Source: Desulfurococcaceae archaeon
Lineage (GTDB): Archaea > Thermoproteota > Thermoprotei_A > Sulfolobales > Desulfurococcaceae
Reading direction: 5' to 3'
Length of the DNA stretch: 64,000 nucleotides
Assembly (NCBI GenBank): GCA_038816475.1
Contig: JAWBAI010000003.1
Span: 62,774-126,773, forward strand
A program made the position numbers and the translations under genes. The notes under the pieces are model-generated. The model ran no database searches. It was not told where the DNA came from and was given only the letters and a program-made list of their open reading frames with translations. Position 1 is the stretch's first letter. Each line of letters opens with the position of its first letter. Shown in pieces: positions 31,028-40,059 of this stretch.

Positions 31028-32104
31028 ATGGATACTTCAATTACGCTAGTACTGTTCATCGTTGCTTTATGGGCATCTATAAACCTTCTGTACAGAGCTG
31101 GTCTTCTTAGGAGATTCATGCCTAGCGCAGAAGTGCACTACGGGCTTGTAATGTTGATTAAGAAAAGTAAAAGCTTAAACCCGTCTTCAAAGAACAGAGC
31201 AAAGTTGCTTGGAATACTCGGATTACTGGTCTACGTTGCATCCCTTCTGATATCTGTGCTAACACTGCTAAGCACACTTTTGTATAGAGTACAATCAGGC
31301 GAAAGAGGTATAATTGTTCTCATACCTGGTCTCAACATCACAGGTGAAGACTTACTTTTCTTTCTCATAGGAGTATTCATAGCTGTAGGTCTACATGAGT
31401 ATATGCACGCTAAAGCAGCGGTTAAATCGGGAATTCCGGTAAAATCGTGGGGATTTATACTGGCTGTGATCATTCCAGCGGCCTTTGTTGAAGTGGATGA
31501 AGCGGTATTTAGAATATCTTCTAAACTAGCAAAAGTAGCAGTGCTCTCTGCTGGCATAATGGCGAACTTTGCTTTAATGCTTTTATCCATGTTCATACTG
31601 CAGTACGTGGTTAACCCTTATGGGTTAACCGTAGTATCCGTTGAACCCGAGAGTCTAGCATCGAGATCAGGGCTGAAACCTTACGATGTTATCTACGAAA
31701 TTAACGGTATGGAGGCATCAGTGAGTGTTCTTGAACAGCAATTAAGGAACCAAGAAGCATCAGTAATACACCTGCTTATCTACAGAGATAACGAAGGTTT
31801 TAAAGATGTAATTGTGTTCAAAAGTAAAAACGAAACTAAACTCGGTGTAACTCTGTACTCGTTGGCACCTCGCCGTAGCATAGTTGATCTCGTGAAACCC
31901 AGGTTCTTTACCCATTTATTCAAGGCTCTTCAGTGGAGCTTTGTGATAAACTTTAGCATAATGTTCATAAACACCCTGCCCCTGTTCATAACTGATGGTG
32001 GAAGAATAGTAAGTAGCTTACTCGGTGAGAAAACAGGAAAACTGGTGAACACGGCTGTAACAGCTCTTCTCGTGGTAACGATGCTACTTAGTGCAAGGTT
32101 CTAG
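31028..32104 (+). CDS. Site-2 (M50) intramembrane metalloprotease with PDZ-like domain
   Basis: HEYMH, AGIMAN, NTLPLFITDGG; start set to ATG 31028. Confidence 0.9.
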   Translation: MDTSITLVLFIVALWASINLLYRAGLLRRFMPSAEVHYGLVMLIKKSKSLNPSSKNRAKLLGILGLLVYVASLLISVLTLLSTLLYRVQSGERGIIVLIPGLNITGEDLLFFLIGVFIAVGLHEYMHAKAAVKSGIPVKSWGFILAVIIPAAFVEVDEAVFRISSKLAKVAVLSAGIMANFALMLLSMFILQYVVNPYGLTVVSVEPESLASRSGLKPYDVIYEINGMEASVSVLEQQLRNQEASVIHLLIYRDNEGFKDVIVFKSKNETKLGVTLYSLAPRRSIVDLVKPRFFTHLFKALQWSFVINFSIMFINTLPLFITDGGRIVSSLLGEKTGKLVNTAVTALLVVTMLLSARF

Positions 32105-32199
32105 ATCTTGCGCGTGCTTAAAGCTCGGATTTTCAAGAGAACATTTCCTATTATATGCATTGTTGTTATTGCATGGTACTTGATTTTTAGTGAGTTTAA

Positions 32200-32583
32200 T
32201 TACTCAGCTGTATCTATCATCTCCTTGACCATGTTTGGATAGAGAATAATGAAATCATTATCAATATTCAATATGTGTTTAGCACCTCTTTTCTTTTCTA
32301 AGAGAAAACCATAAGTTATCGCGAAGCTATTTCCAGGTCCTTACCAAATCTTTTGCTCTCAAATTTATAGACATTTCCTTCGATAATCTTGACCCGAGTT
32401 GGGCTCAGCTTCTCGTATGATCCATCAAAAGACGCATTATCTATTAAGTATTACCCGGCCATCTATGAAATCACCGAGTTTAGCCAATCCTTTTAAAGCA
32501 CTATATAAGCTAAGCATTGATATAGATAAATAATTATTTGAATTAAAGTTCTGTGTAACATTATTTACTTATACCTTACTCAT
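32200..32583 (-). pseudogene. Decayed GT2 (GT-A fold) glycosyltransferase, N-terminal half
   Basis: Manual translation: MSKV*VNNVTQNFNS...GRVIL / frameshift / IDNASFDGSYEKL ... GNSFAITYG...GAKHILNIDNDFII (DxD motif). Not in the ORF track. Confidence 0.7.
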
Positions 32584-32725
32584 CTGTATTACGCCTAATT
32601 AGATATCTTATCGCAGTAATCATCAAGATTATTATTAACTATTAGGTGAATAAGCCTTCTAGTATTCTGTATTGTGGTAAGCTTGCACACGATGTGAATT
32701 ACGGTGATTTTAACCAATGTTTAAG

Positions 32726-33520
32726 TTAATCATTAAATTGATCTTTACCTAGTATAATATCTACCTTCTCGAATACTCTTCCTTGTTTTAGTATAACCTT
32801 AAGCCATTCAAAGTATATTTGCTCTATATTTAAGTTTCGTAGTTTCAATAATACTTTATCAATATCGTATTTAATTCTGTGCTGTTCATATAGATTGTTT
32901 TCTATGTCCAGTACTGCGTAGGATGCCCTTGGATCCCCATCCCTTGGTTGCCCGCAACTACCTGGATTTAATAACCATATGTTACCTATTCTCATGTTCA
33001 ATGGTATATGAGTGTGCCCAGTGATAACTACATCTGCTTCAACCGGTTTGACTCCAAGTGGTTGTGGAGTTAGTTGTTGTATTAATTCATCATATGATAG
33101 ATTTGGTTTCAAGTAACCGTAGAGTGGGCTACGTGGACTACCGTGAACTACATATACGCGCTTCCCAGAGACCTTTAATTCAATTTTATGCGGCAGAGTC
33201 TTTAACCATGAAATTTGCTCCCGACTCAGGAGTTTCATTGATATGTTAAACCTGGTGTAAACACTGAGTTCATGCAAATCCTGAGCGCATTTACAGTCAA
33301 CACCGTATGCAACAGCGTAATCATGATTACCTGAAATAACGAGGTCTGGTTTCATTGATTTAATTAAATCCACAACAATGTGTGGTTCAGGACCATAATC
33401 AACTAGATCTCCTAAAATCCATAAATAATCCCATTTACCAGAACTTTCAAGAATAGCTTTCAAAGCATCAGCATTTCCATGAATATCTGAAATTAATAAA
33501 ACCCTCACGGGAAAACCCAA
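32726..33520 (-). CDS. Calcineurin-like metallophosphoesterase
   Basis: SDIHGN, GDLVDYG, GNHD, HGSP, GHTH, NPGSCGQPRDGDPRASY. Confidence 0.92.
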   Translation of the reverse strand: MGFPVRVLLISDIHGNADALKAILESSGKWDYLWILGDLVDYGPEPHIVVDLIKSMKPDLVISGNHDYAVAYGVDCKCAQDLHELSVYTRFNISMKLLSREQISWLKTLPHKIELKVSGKRVYVVHGSPRSPLYGYLKPNLSYDELIQQLTPQPLGVKPVEADVVITGHTHIPLNMRIGNIWLLNPGSCGQPRDGDPRASYAVLDIENNLYEQHRIKYDIDKVLLKLRNLNIEQIYFEWLKVILKQGRVFEKVDIILGKDQFND

Positions 33521-33696
33521 GTTTAAAAATACAGACCATGTTTAAAAACAAAAACATTACTTAAGTGTTGATCAACGAACATCGAGCTAAAGCTATCTTT
33601 TCTCGATGGATAAAATACTTTGTGTCTTGGTATATATCGTGAAGCAAATGTTTATTATTTATTCATTTATTATTAAAGGATTATCGAGGTTTAACC

Positions 33697-35050
33697 ATGG
33701 TTAAAAACCACTAATCGTATTCATATTGCTTTGGATTGATATCACTTCTAGCTGATACGGTTCATGAAGAAGCCAGATCTGCTAGTGGAGCATACTTAGA
33801 GTATCTAGCGCTTCTCCAATAGCATTATCAATCGTAGGTGCAGGTGAGCTTATTGGATACACATTAAGGTTTATTGGTGCACTACTTACAACATATTTTG
33901 GGTCGTCCACATCGCTCTGGGGGTTAATCACACTTGAGTACATTTTCAACGTCATGATTCTTCCGTTTCTCACCTTCACGAACAAGTGGATTATTGCTGT
34001 TTCACTATACCTGGTTGGAAGAGTGGGAAAAGGTTTTAGGGCTCCAATAAGAGACTTTGTCTTAGCTGAAGTTACTGAGGATGTTGTCAAAGGTAGGGGG
34101 CTCGCAACTGTTTTTGTGTGCTGGTTTTTGTGGGTTTCTCGTGGATGCTTAGAGCTCTTGACGTGATCATGTTTAGCAATGTTTATAGATCAATGAGTAG
34201 TAATTGCTCTCGGTGACCCTGGGTTTCCGAGACCCATGGCAGACCGTGGGGAGGGGACTCAGGGAAACCGGGATGACCCGCCTTAGGAAAACCTAGAGCG
34301 GGAAACGGTTTTGGATTACATGTATTAATGGATCAAGCTGGAGCATTACCTGCCCCTTGTTATTCGCCTACATGCTTGCAACCCGCGGGTACTCTGATGC
34401 ATACCCTGTTCTCATTATTCCCTGCTTGTTAGTTAAGTTATTCATACCGATAGCATGGTATCTCTACCCAAGAATAGGAAGTGTTGATACAGCTGGAGGG
34501 ATCATATCTATTAGTGGAATTGGTAAAGAATGTTGGTTGTATGTAGTATCAATGATGTTTCAATCACCTGGCTTCATACACTCGACAATAACATCTTATT
34601 TTCTAAAGTACTGGGGGTTCTAGAAGATGCTGAAATAGCATTGTTGTATGCAGTTGCAATGGGGTAGATGCAGTTATAGCTTTTCCAATAGGTTACCTAT
34701 ATGACTTAGTTAAATATAAAAGCCCGCATCTAGCTCCATTATTTACATAGCTACTCACCCCGTTACTAGTGACAAAAACCCGGTGGTAGCGCTATTAGTA
34801 GCTATTCTATGGGGCATAGTAATGGGTACCTCAAAAAACTATGAGAGCTCAATAGCAAATACCACCGGGAAGAATAATAGCTATATCTTATGAATTATTC
34901 GGAATGCTATACGGTGTTTCATGAACTATAGGTGGTTTTGTAACAACAATTCTTATTCAACTATCAGAAGTCACGATAATCGTGTATGTTATAATAACGC
35001 AGTTATTATCAATACTAATGTTGAAGAAGTTAAATGAGCGGGTGAAGTAG
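33697..35050 (+). pseudogene. MFS transporter pseudogene (paralog of 55028-56197) with frameshifts, stops and a 209-bp insertion
   Basis: Fragments FGLISLLADTVHEEARSASGAYL, RVGKGFRAPIRDFVLAEV and GFGLHVLMDQAGA align with LGLVSLLADAVYEGGRSVSGAYL, RIGKGLRAPTRDVILAEV and GFGIHELLDQVGA of the intact copy. Confidence 0.85.
34098..34306 (+). mobile_element. Non-autonomous mini insertion element (MITE-like; probable IS607-family derivative)
   Basis: Removing 34098-34306 restores the reading AAA GGT AGG GGT TTT GGA (KGRGFG). GG occurs at both junctions; no terminal inverted repeats; short direct repeats (GTTTTTGTG x2) at left end; subterminal hairpin at right end. Confidence 0.75.
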
Positions 35051-35106
35051 CGTTATCTAATCCAACGCACTTCAGAAAAATGTTAAGATTACTTAAAAAC
35101 CGGGAA

Positions 35107-36264
35107 CTATAGAGAACTCAACACTATGTCTCTTATTAAGCTCTCCGTGACAGTAAACGGCGTGTTTTCATGTAGATACCTGAGGCCTCCATGCATTAGG
35201 TAGTTAACAACGGTATTTACATCTTTTTCACTAAACCCATAGTCGCTTAGTCTCTGTGCGATTCCTAAAGATTCCTGGAAAACTTTAACCGCTTTTGCTG
35301 CTTTTTCAGCATCTTCACTTATGGGTTTTAGAGACGGATCCAGCGTTTTCAACAGAATCGCGGATTCAAGTGGTAATACCTTGTACACGTAGTATATAAA
35401 CCTGGGTCCTGTAATTGCTAAACCGAGTCCATGTGGTAGTTTCGGTTGCATACCGCTGAGAGCATGCTCTATTGCGTGGTTTAAGTGAGTTGAACTATTG
35501 TCTATTGTTATTCCAGCTATCATTGAAGCGTAAAGAAGCCTAGATCTCATTTCAATGTTCTGCAATTCACTCATTATTTTCGGAAGGGTAGTAACTATGA
35601 TATTTATCGAGTCACTTGCTAAGGTTTGAACAAAATAATTTCTCGAAGTTGCAGTACCAGCTTCAAATGAATGGTAAAAAGCATCCAGGGAAGTATAGAT
35701 CGTCTGCTCTTTAGATAGCGTAAGAGTATATCGGGGATCGTCGACGCTGACATCAGGGTATTTTATCGTTAATCCGTGTTTTTCAAGAGTGTCATCAAGT
35801 GTTACTACCGCGTATGGATCGATCTCCGTTCCAGTACCATGAGTCAAATTTACTGCGAGAAGGGGTAAAGTATGCCTTGGCTTATGTCCCTTCACTAATG
35901 CTTTAACATTCCTGCCACCTGTAGCTATTGCAGAAGCTACTTTCGCTACGTCTATAACGCTTCCTCCACCTATGGCTATAATTGCTTCAACACCCTCCTC
36001 CCACATTAACCTTCCGGCTTTTTCAGCTTGACTAGCCCATGGATTGGGGCTAATATCATCGTATGCTACGTATTCTACATCGTATTCTCGTAGCAATTTT
36101 AATACGTCACCTAGAGCACCTGATATTTTAGCTGATTGTTTGCCCGTAATCAACCCGATTTTTCTAAATTGCTTGATAAACCAAGAGGCCTCGCTTAATG
36201 CATTATCACCGAAGTATAATAATGTATCTTGGTATTTCAATGAAAATTTACCCATATCACTCAT
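35107..36264 (-). CDS. Iron-containing alcohol dehydrogenase
   Basis: GGGSVID, THGTGTE, DAFYH, HLNHAIEH, PHG. Confidence 0.92.
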   Translation of the reverse strand: MSDMGKFSLKYQDTLLYFGDNALSEASWFIKQFRKIGLITGKQSAKISGALGDVLKLLREYDVEYVAYDDISPNPWASQAEKAGRLMWEEGVEAIIAIGGGSVIDVAKVASAIATGGRNVKALVKGHKPRHTLPLLAVNLTHGTGTEIDPYAVVTLDDTLEKHGLTIKYPDVSVDDPRYTLTLSKEQTIYTSLDAFYHSFEAGTATSRNYFVQTLASDSINIIVTTLPKIMSELQNIEMRSRLLYASMIAGITIDNSSTHLNHAIEHALSGMQPKLPHGLGLAITGPRFIYYVYKVLPLESAILLKTLDPSLKPISEDAEKAAKAVKVFQESLGIAQRLSDYGFSEKDVNTVVNYLMHGGLRYLHENTPFTVTESLIRDIVLSSL

Positions 36265-36497
36265 TCTTCAATACACCAGATATTACTTCAATGACGTAAT
36301 TGTTATTAAATCTTTGCTAATTAAACACGCTGATGTAAAGTAGGTGTTTATAGTGTTGTTTTCAAATAAAAGAATAAGTTTGTTTCGATCAAATTCGATA
36401 CAATAAGCTAAGTAACTGTTAAAAATAGTTTTTAAATATTGAATTATGAAACTAAAACTATTATTCAGCTTCAACACTAATTCAAAGGTGAGGAACA

Positions 36498-36995
36498 ATG
36501 AAGGAAATAAACTCATTCCAAGCACTCGACAAGATCCCGTATCCGCTTATAATAATTACTGCCGGAGACCCCGAGAAACCTGGCAGGAGAGGTGGAATGA
36601 CGGCAGCATGGTTTACAAGGGTATCATGGGATCCGCCGCTCGTAGCCGTCTCCGTAGCTCCAAGTAGGTATACCTATGAATTAATCAAGGAGTATAAAGC
36701 TTTCGCAGTCCATGTCGTATCCAAAGACATGGAGAAACTAGCTATAGGGGTTTTTGGCAGTAAAAGCGGTAGGAACATGGATAAGTTCAAAGCAATCAAC
36801 ATGGAGCCTCTTAAGGCTAAAGCCGTGCTAGCACCCATTATTCCCAATGCACCAGTAATCCTTGAATGTAAAGTAATAGCAGAGTATTCTGCTGGCGACC
36901 ACGTGATTTTCATAGGTGAAGTAGTGGCTGCTTACACTGGCTCAACTGCAAATCCAATGGCATGGTTAGGTAATAAAGGTATCGAGGTAAAATAA
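36498..36995 (+). CDS. Flavin reductase family (FMN-binding split barrel) protein
   Basis: GGMTAAW, SWDPP, FGSKSGR, GDHVIFIGEV. Confidence 0.9.
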   Translation: MKEINSFQALDKIPYPLIIITAGDPEKPGRRGGMTAAWFTRVSWDPPLVAVSVAPSRYTYELIKEYKAFAVHVVSKDMEKLAIGVFGSKSGRNMDKFKAINMEPLKAKAVLAPIIPNAPVILECKVIAEYSAGDHVIFIGEVVAAYTGSTANPMAWLGNKGIEVK

Positions 36996-37189
36996 GTAAT
37001 ATCTATTTTATGCATTTGTTTATCTATGAAACATTGTTCCACACCGCCTTTAACCCGCTATCACTTAATTCGCGAAGATCTCTTCGAGCGCTTGTTAAAT
37101 CCGTTTGTTATCACCCTAGTTAGCGATTTACACATACAATACGCCAATGCGAAAATGTGTAATTGTCTTCGTTGAAAAGTTCTTGGCGA

Positions 37190-38491
37190 CTAGTGAAGAA
37201 TAATGTAGAATTCGAACTCCAGGAACGCTAGGTATATTAACGTATTCGCAATGGTCACTATTAAACCTAGCTCAAGAAACTCCTTGAATGTTATCGTAGT
37301 ATTCATCCTTGATTCAAGGTACTCTATAATAATGATATTTGATGCTGCGCCAAGTAGTGTTAGGTTCCCCGCAATAGTCGTAGCCATCGCAAGCGTTATC
37401 CATGCAAATTCGTCTCCTCCCGTGTAGCCAAGGTTCCTCATGTATTCTATTATTAAACGCGTGAAGGGAACGTTGCTGATCAACTGGCTACCTAGTAGCG
37501 AAAGTACTGTAATGGAGACTATGTCCACTGATATATCATGGTGTTTTCCGGGGAGAAATAGGTTCAAGAGAGCATCCAGTACGTGGCTTCTCCACACTCC
37601 CTCCATGGATATAAACATTGTAGTAAAGAAAATTATTGTACCCCAATCAACACCTGCTAGGATTTTTCGAGGTTCACTCGACAACATGTATAGAGCTGAT
37701 GCAATTATGAAGGGAATGAATCCTCTACGTGTTACGTGTGGAAGATTCATTAACTCTAGAAAGTCATTTATAATTAATAGTGATATAGATGAAACTATAC
37801 CTATTCCAGCTAGGATAGCGTTGCGCCTGTCTTTCAGTTGTTCATGTGGTATTATTAACACTCTCTTTGTATCATTGTACCTTACTTTGTGAAATTTAGT
37901 TACTAAAAACGGCGTTACCAATAGATTTACTATTGTGGGAATAGCTAAATACAGAGTGAATTTCAGAAAAGGCGCCGTCATACCGGATCTCTGAGCTATC
38001 AGCATGTTTTGAGGATTACCTATTGGAGTCATGATTGAACCTATTGTCAACGAGTATGCGAGTAGTAGAAAAATAGTTGTTGGATTTACTCCAAGAGCTT
38101 TAGCTATAGTGTAAGCAATTGGTGGACCAATGAACGCAACTGTATCATTCATAGTTACAGCCGCGAGAAGACCAAAAAGCAGTGATGAAGCGTAGATCAG
38201 CGACTTCGTTGATCTAAATAAGCCAATGAACCAGGCAGCTATACTGTTGAGTAATCCCGACGACTCGGCAAGGCTTACGATACTGAACATTCCTATGAGG
38301 AAAAATATTACATCAAGATCAATTACTGATTCAAACTCATCGAACTTCACTAATCCAGAAACAACTGTTATAACCGATGTAAAAGCCATTATGCTCCACA
38401 CCGGGATCTGTGGTTTACGACTTCTAATTACTAAGCCAGAGATCATTATTGATAGAATGATTGCACCAACCATGGCTTTGTAGTTCAACAT
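37190..38491 (-). CDS. ArsB/NhaD/SLC13-type anion permease
   Basis: MND, GSIMTPIGNPQN, SQLISNVP, AGNLTLLGAASN; start approximate. Confidence 0.88.
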   Translation of the reverse strand: MLNYKAMVGAIILSIMISGLVIRSRKPQIPVWSIMAFTSVITVVSGLVKFDEFESVIDLDVIFFLIGMFSIVSLAESSGLLNSIAAWFIGLFRSTKSLIYASSLLFGLLAAVTMNDTVAFIGPPIAYTIAKALGVNPTTIFLLLAYSLTIGSIMTPIGNPQNMLIAQRSGMTAPFLKFTLYLAIPTIVNLLVTPFLVTKFHKVRYNDTKRVLIIPHEQLKDRRNAILAGIGIVSSISLLIINDFLELMNLPHVTRRGFIPFIIASALYMLSSEPRKILAGVDWGTIIFFTTMFISMEGVWRSHVLDALLNLFLPGKHHDISVDIVSITVLSLLGSQLISNVPFTRLIIEYMRNLGYTGGDEFAWITLAMATTIAGNLTLLGAASNIIIIEYLESRMNTTITFKEFLELGLIVTIANTLIYLAFLEFEFYIILH

Positions 38492-38573
38492 GAGCATTCG
38501 CCAAAACCTTGTTAAAATACAATGAGAAAATTTAAGTAGCACTAGTTATTCTAGAAGAAGTTCTAGAAGAAGA

Positions 38574-38859
38574 CCCGTGGGCACGGCTTCGCTTGGAATG
38601 CACAACCACACACCAGAGCCATCTCACGCTAGCTCCCTCCGGTGACCCGTGAACGCTGGTGTCCGGGGTTAGGTTGCTCCCTCCCGGGCCTGGCCTGGTT
38701 CCCCCGGCTAAGACGGTTTACCCCCTCTCTACAGAGGGGGCTCCGTCTCCACCAGCCCCACGGGGCGGAGTTCATGGCATCGCGTGAGGGGTGATGTGTG
38801 GTTGTGCATTCCAAGCGATTACTGCCCCAGTACACTGGGGCCTACCCGTGCCCACGGGC
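38574..38859 (-). ncRNA. ffs: Archaeal signal recognition particle (7S) RNA
   Basis: Minus strand contains the helix-8 motif GCCAGGCCC-GGGA-GGGAGCAACC, helix 6 CCCCCTCT-GTAG-AGAGGGGG, a 13-bp terminal helix (38574-38586 with 38846-38858) and an AT-rich TATA-like element about 25 bp upstream. Confidence 0.92.
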
Positions 38860-38898
38860 ATTATCTACTATGTGGTATTAGTCTTAATATTTTTACCT

Positions 38899-39972
38899 TC
38901 AGAGGGTCTTCAGGCCGGAGCCTGTGAGCACCAGTAGTACACTACTATTTCTTGGTATTTCATGCTTGATTTTTTCATACGCAGCGTACACCGTTGCTGA
39001 CGTGGGTTCCACGGTGAAACCCATGCTCCACAGCGTGTCATGCGCTTTGGCTATATCGCTGTTGCCTACTAGAACTATTTTTCCACCGGTATCTCTAAGG
39101 TTCCTGACTATTTCGCTCGTTCTCGGAGGATTAACTACCATTATTCCATCAGCCAGCGTTGACTCTTCTCCTTCAACGTGTTCTCCGTACATAGCTTCGT
39201 ACACAGTCTGGCAACTGTACCCTTGAACACCTATGAAGACCGGCGTTCTCTTTGATAATCCAGCTGATTTTAGTGTTCTGAAACCGTGTATTAACGAGAG
39301 TATTAAACCACCCGATCCAATGGGAGCTATAACGTAGTCTGGAACGCCGTGCTCTTCGTAAACCTCGTACGCAATTGTCGCGTGTCCAACGATATAGAGA
39401 GGATTCCACAGGTGAGCAACATAGTATACATCCTCGCTTTTTACAAATTCATTAACCGCAGTAGTAGCTCCAACTCTGCCTTCAGCTTCAACTAGAACTC
39501 CTCCAAGCCGTTTAACAGCCTTCTTTTTACCCTCGGGAGCTTGCTTAGGCATAACAATAATTGGTTCAAGTCCATACAGTTTCGAAAACAAAGCAACAGA
39601 GATACCGGTGTTACCGCTGGTATCTACTACGGCTTTCTTAAACCCCATTTTATACCCGTAGTATATAGCAAGAGATGTTCCGCGATCCTTAAAGCTACCA
39701 CCGGGATTCAGGTACTCCAACTTAAACAAGAGTCTGTGCGAGCTTTGAACCTCCTCAACTAATGGGGTAAGACCTTCACCACGGGTCTTCTCGGGTTTGA
39801 ATGGAACAAACCCTCTATACCTCTCCCAGATGTTCCTAGAAGAGAGAACTTCACCGGTAATTTCGTAATCTACCGAAAGAGGATTTCCACAACGTGGACA
39901 CTTCCAGTAGTATGCCTTGAACGCGTGATCGCTGAAACCACAGGTGCTACATATCCACCTCAATAACACCAC
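38899..39972 (-). CDS. Threonine synthase-like PLP-dependent enzyme (fold type II)
   Basis: N-terminal CxxC...CxxC, GEGLTPL, NPGGSFKDRG, TSGNTG, GSGG, VEPTSA, LTGSGLK. Confidence 0.88.
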   Translation of the reverse strand: MVLLRWICSTCGFSDHAFKAYYWKCPRCGNPLSVDYEITGEVLSSRNIWERYRGFVPFKPEKTRGEGLTPLVEEVQSSHRLLFKLEYLNPGGSFKDRGTSLAIYYGYKMGFKKAVVDTSGNTGISVALFSKLYGLEPIIVMPKQAPEGKKKAVKRLGGVLVEAEGRVGATTAVNEFVKSEDVYYVAHLWNPLYIVGHATIAYEVYEEHGVPDYVIAPIGSGGLILSLIHGFRTLKSAGLSKRTPVFIGVQGYSCQTVYEAMYGEHVEGEESTLADGIMVVNPPRTSEIVRNLRDTGGKIVLVGNSDIAKAHDTLWSMGFTVEPTSATVYAAYEKIKHEIPRNSSVLLVLTGSGLKTL

Positions 39973-40059
39973 CAGGAATAGTTTCTGATCACCGGGATTA
40001 AATAGGTAAGGTTAATAAGCCACAAACTCGATGTGGAAACAGCGGGGTGAGTACACGGT

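Noticed and set aside
38574-38859. Long inverted repeats suggesting a MITE, and the 68-aa ORF 38629-38835
   Set aside because: The helix-6 and helix-8 motifs identify the SRP RNA; the inverted repeats are its helices and the ORF is incidental.
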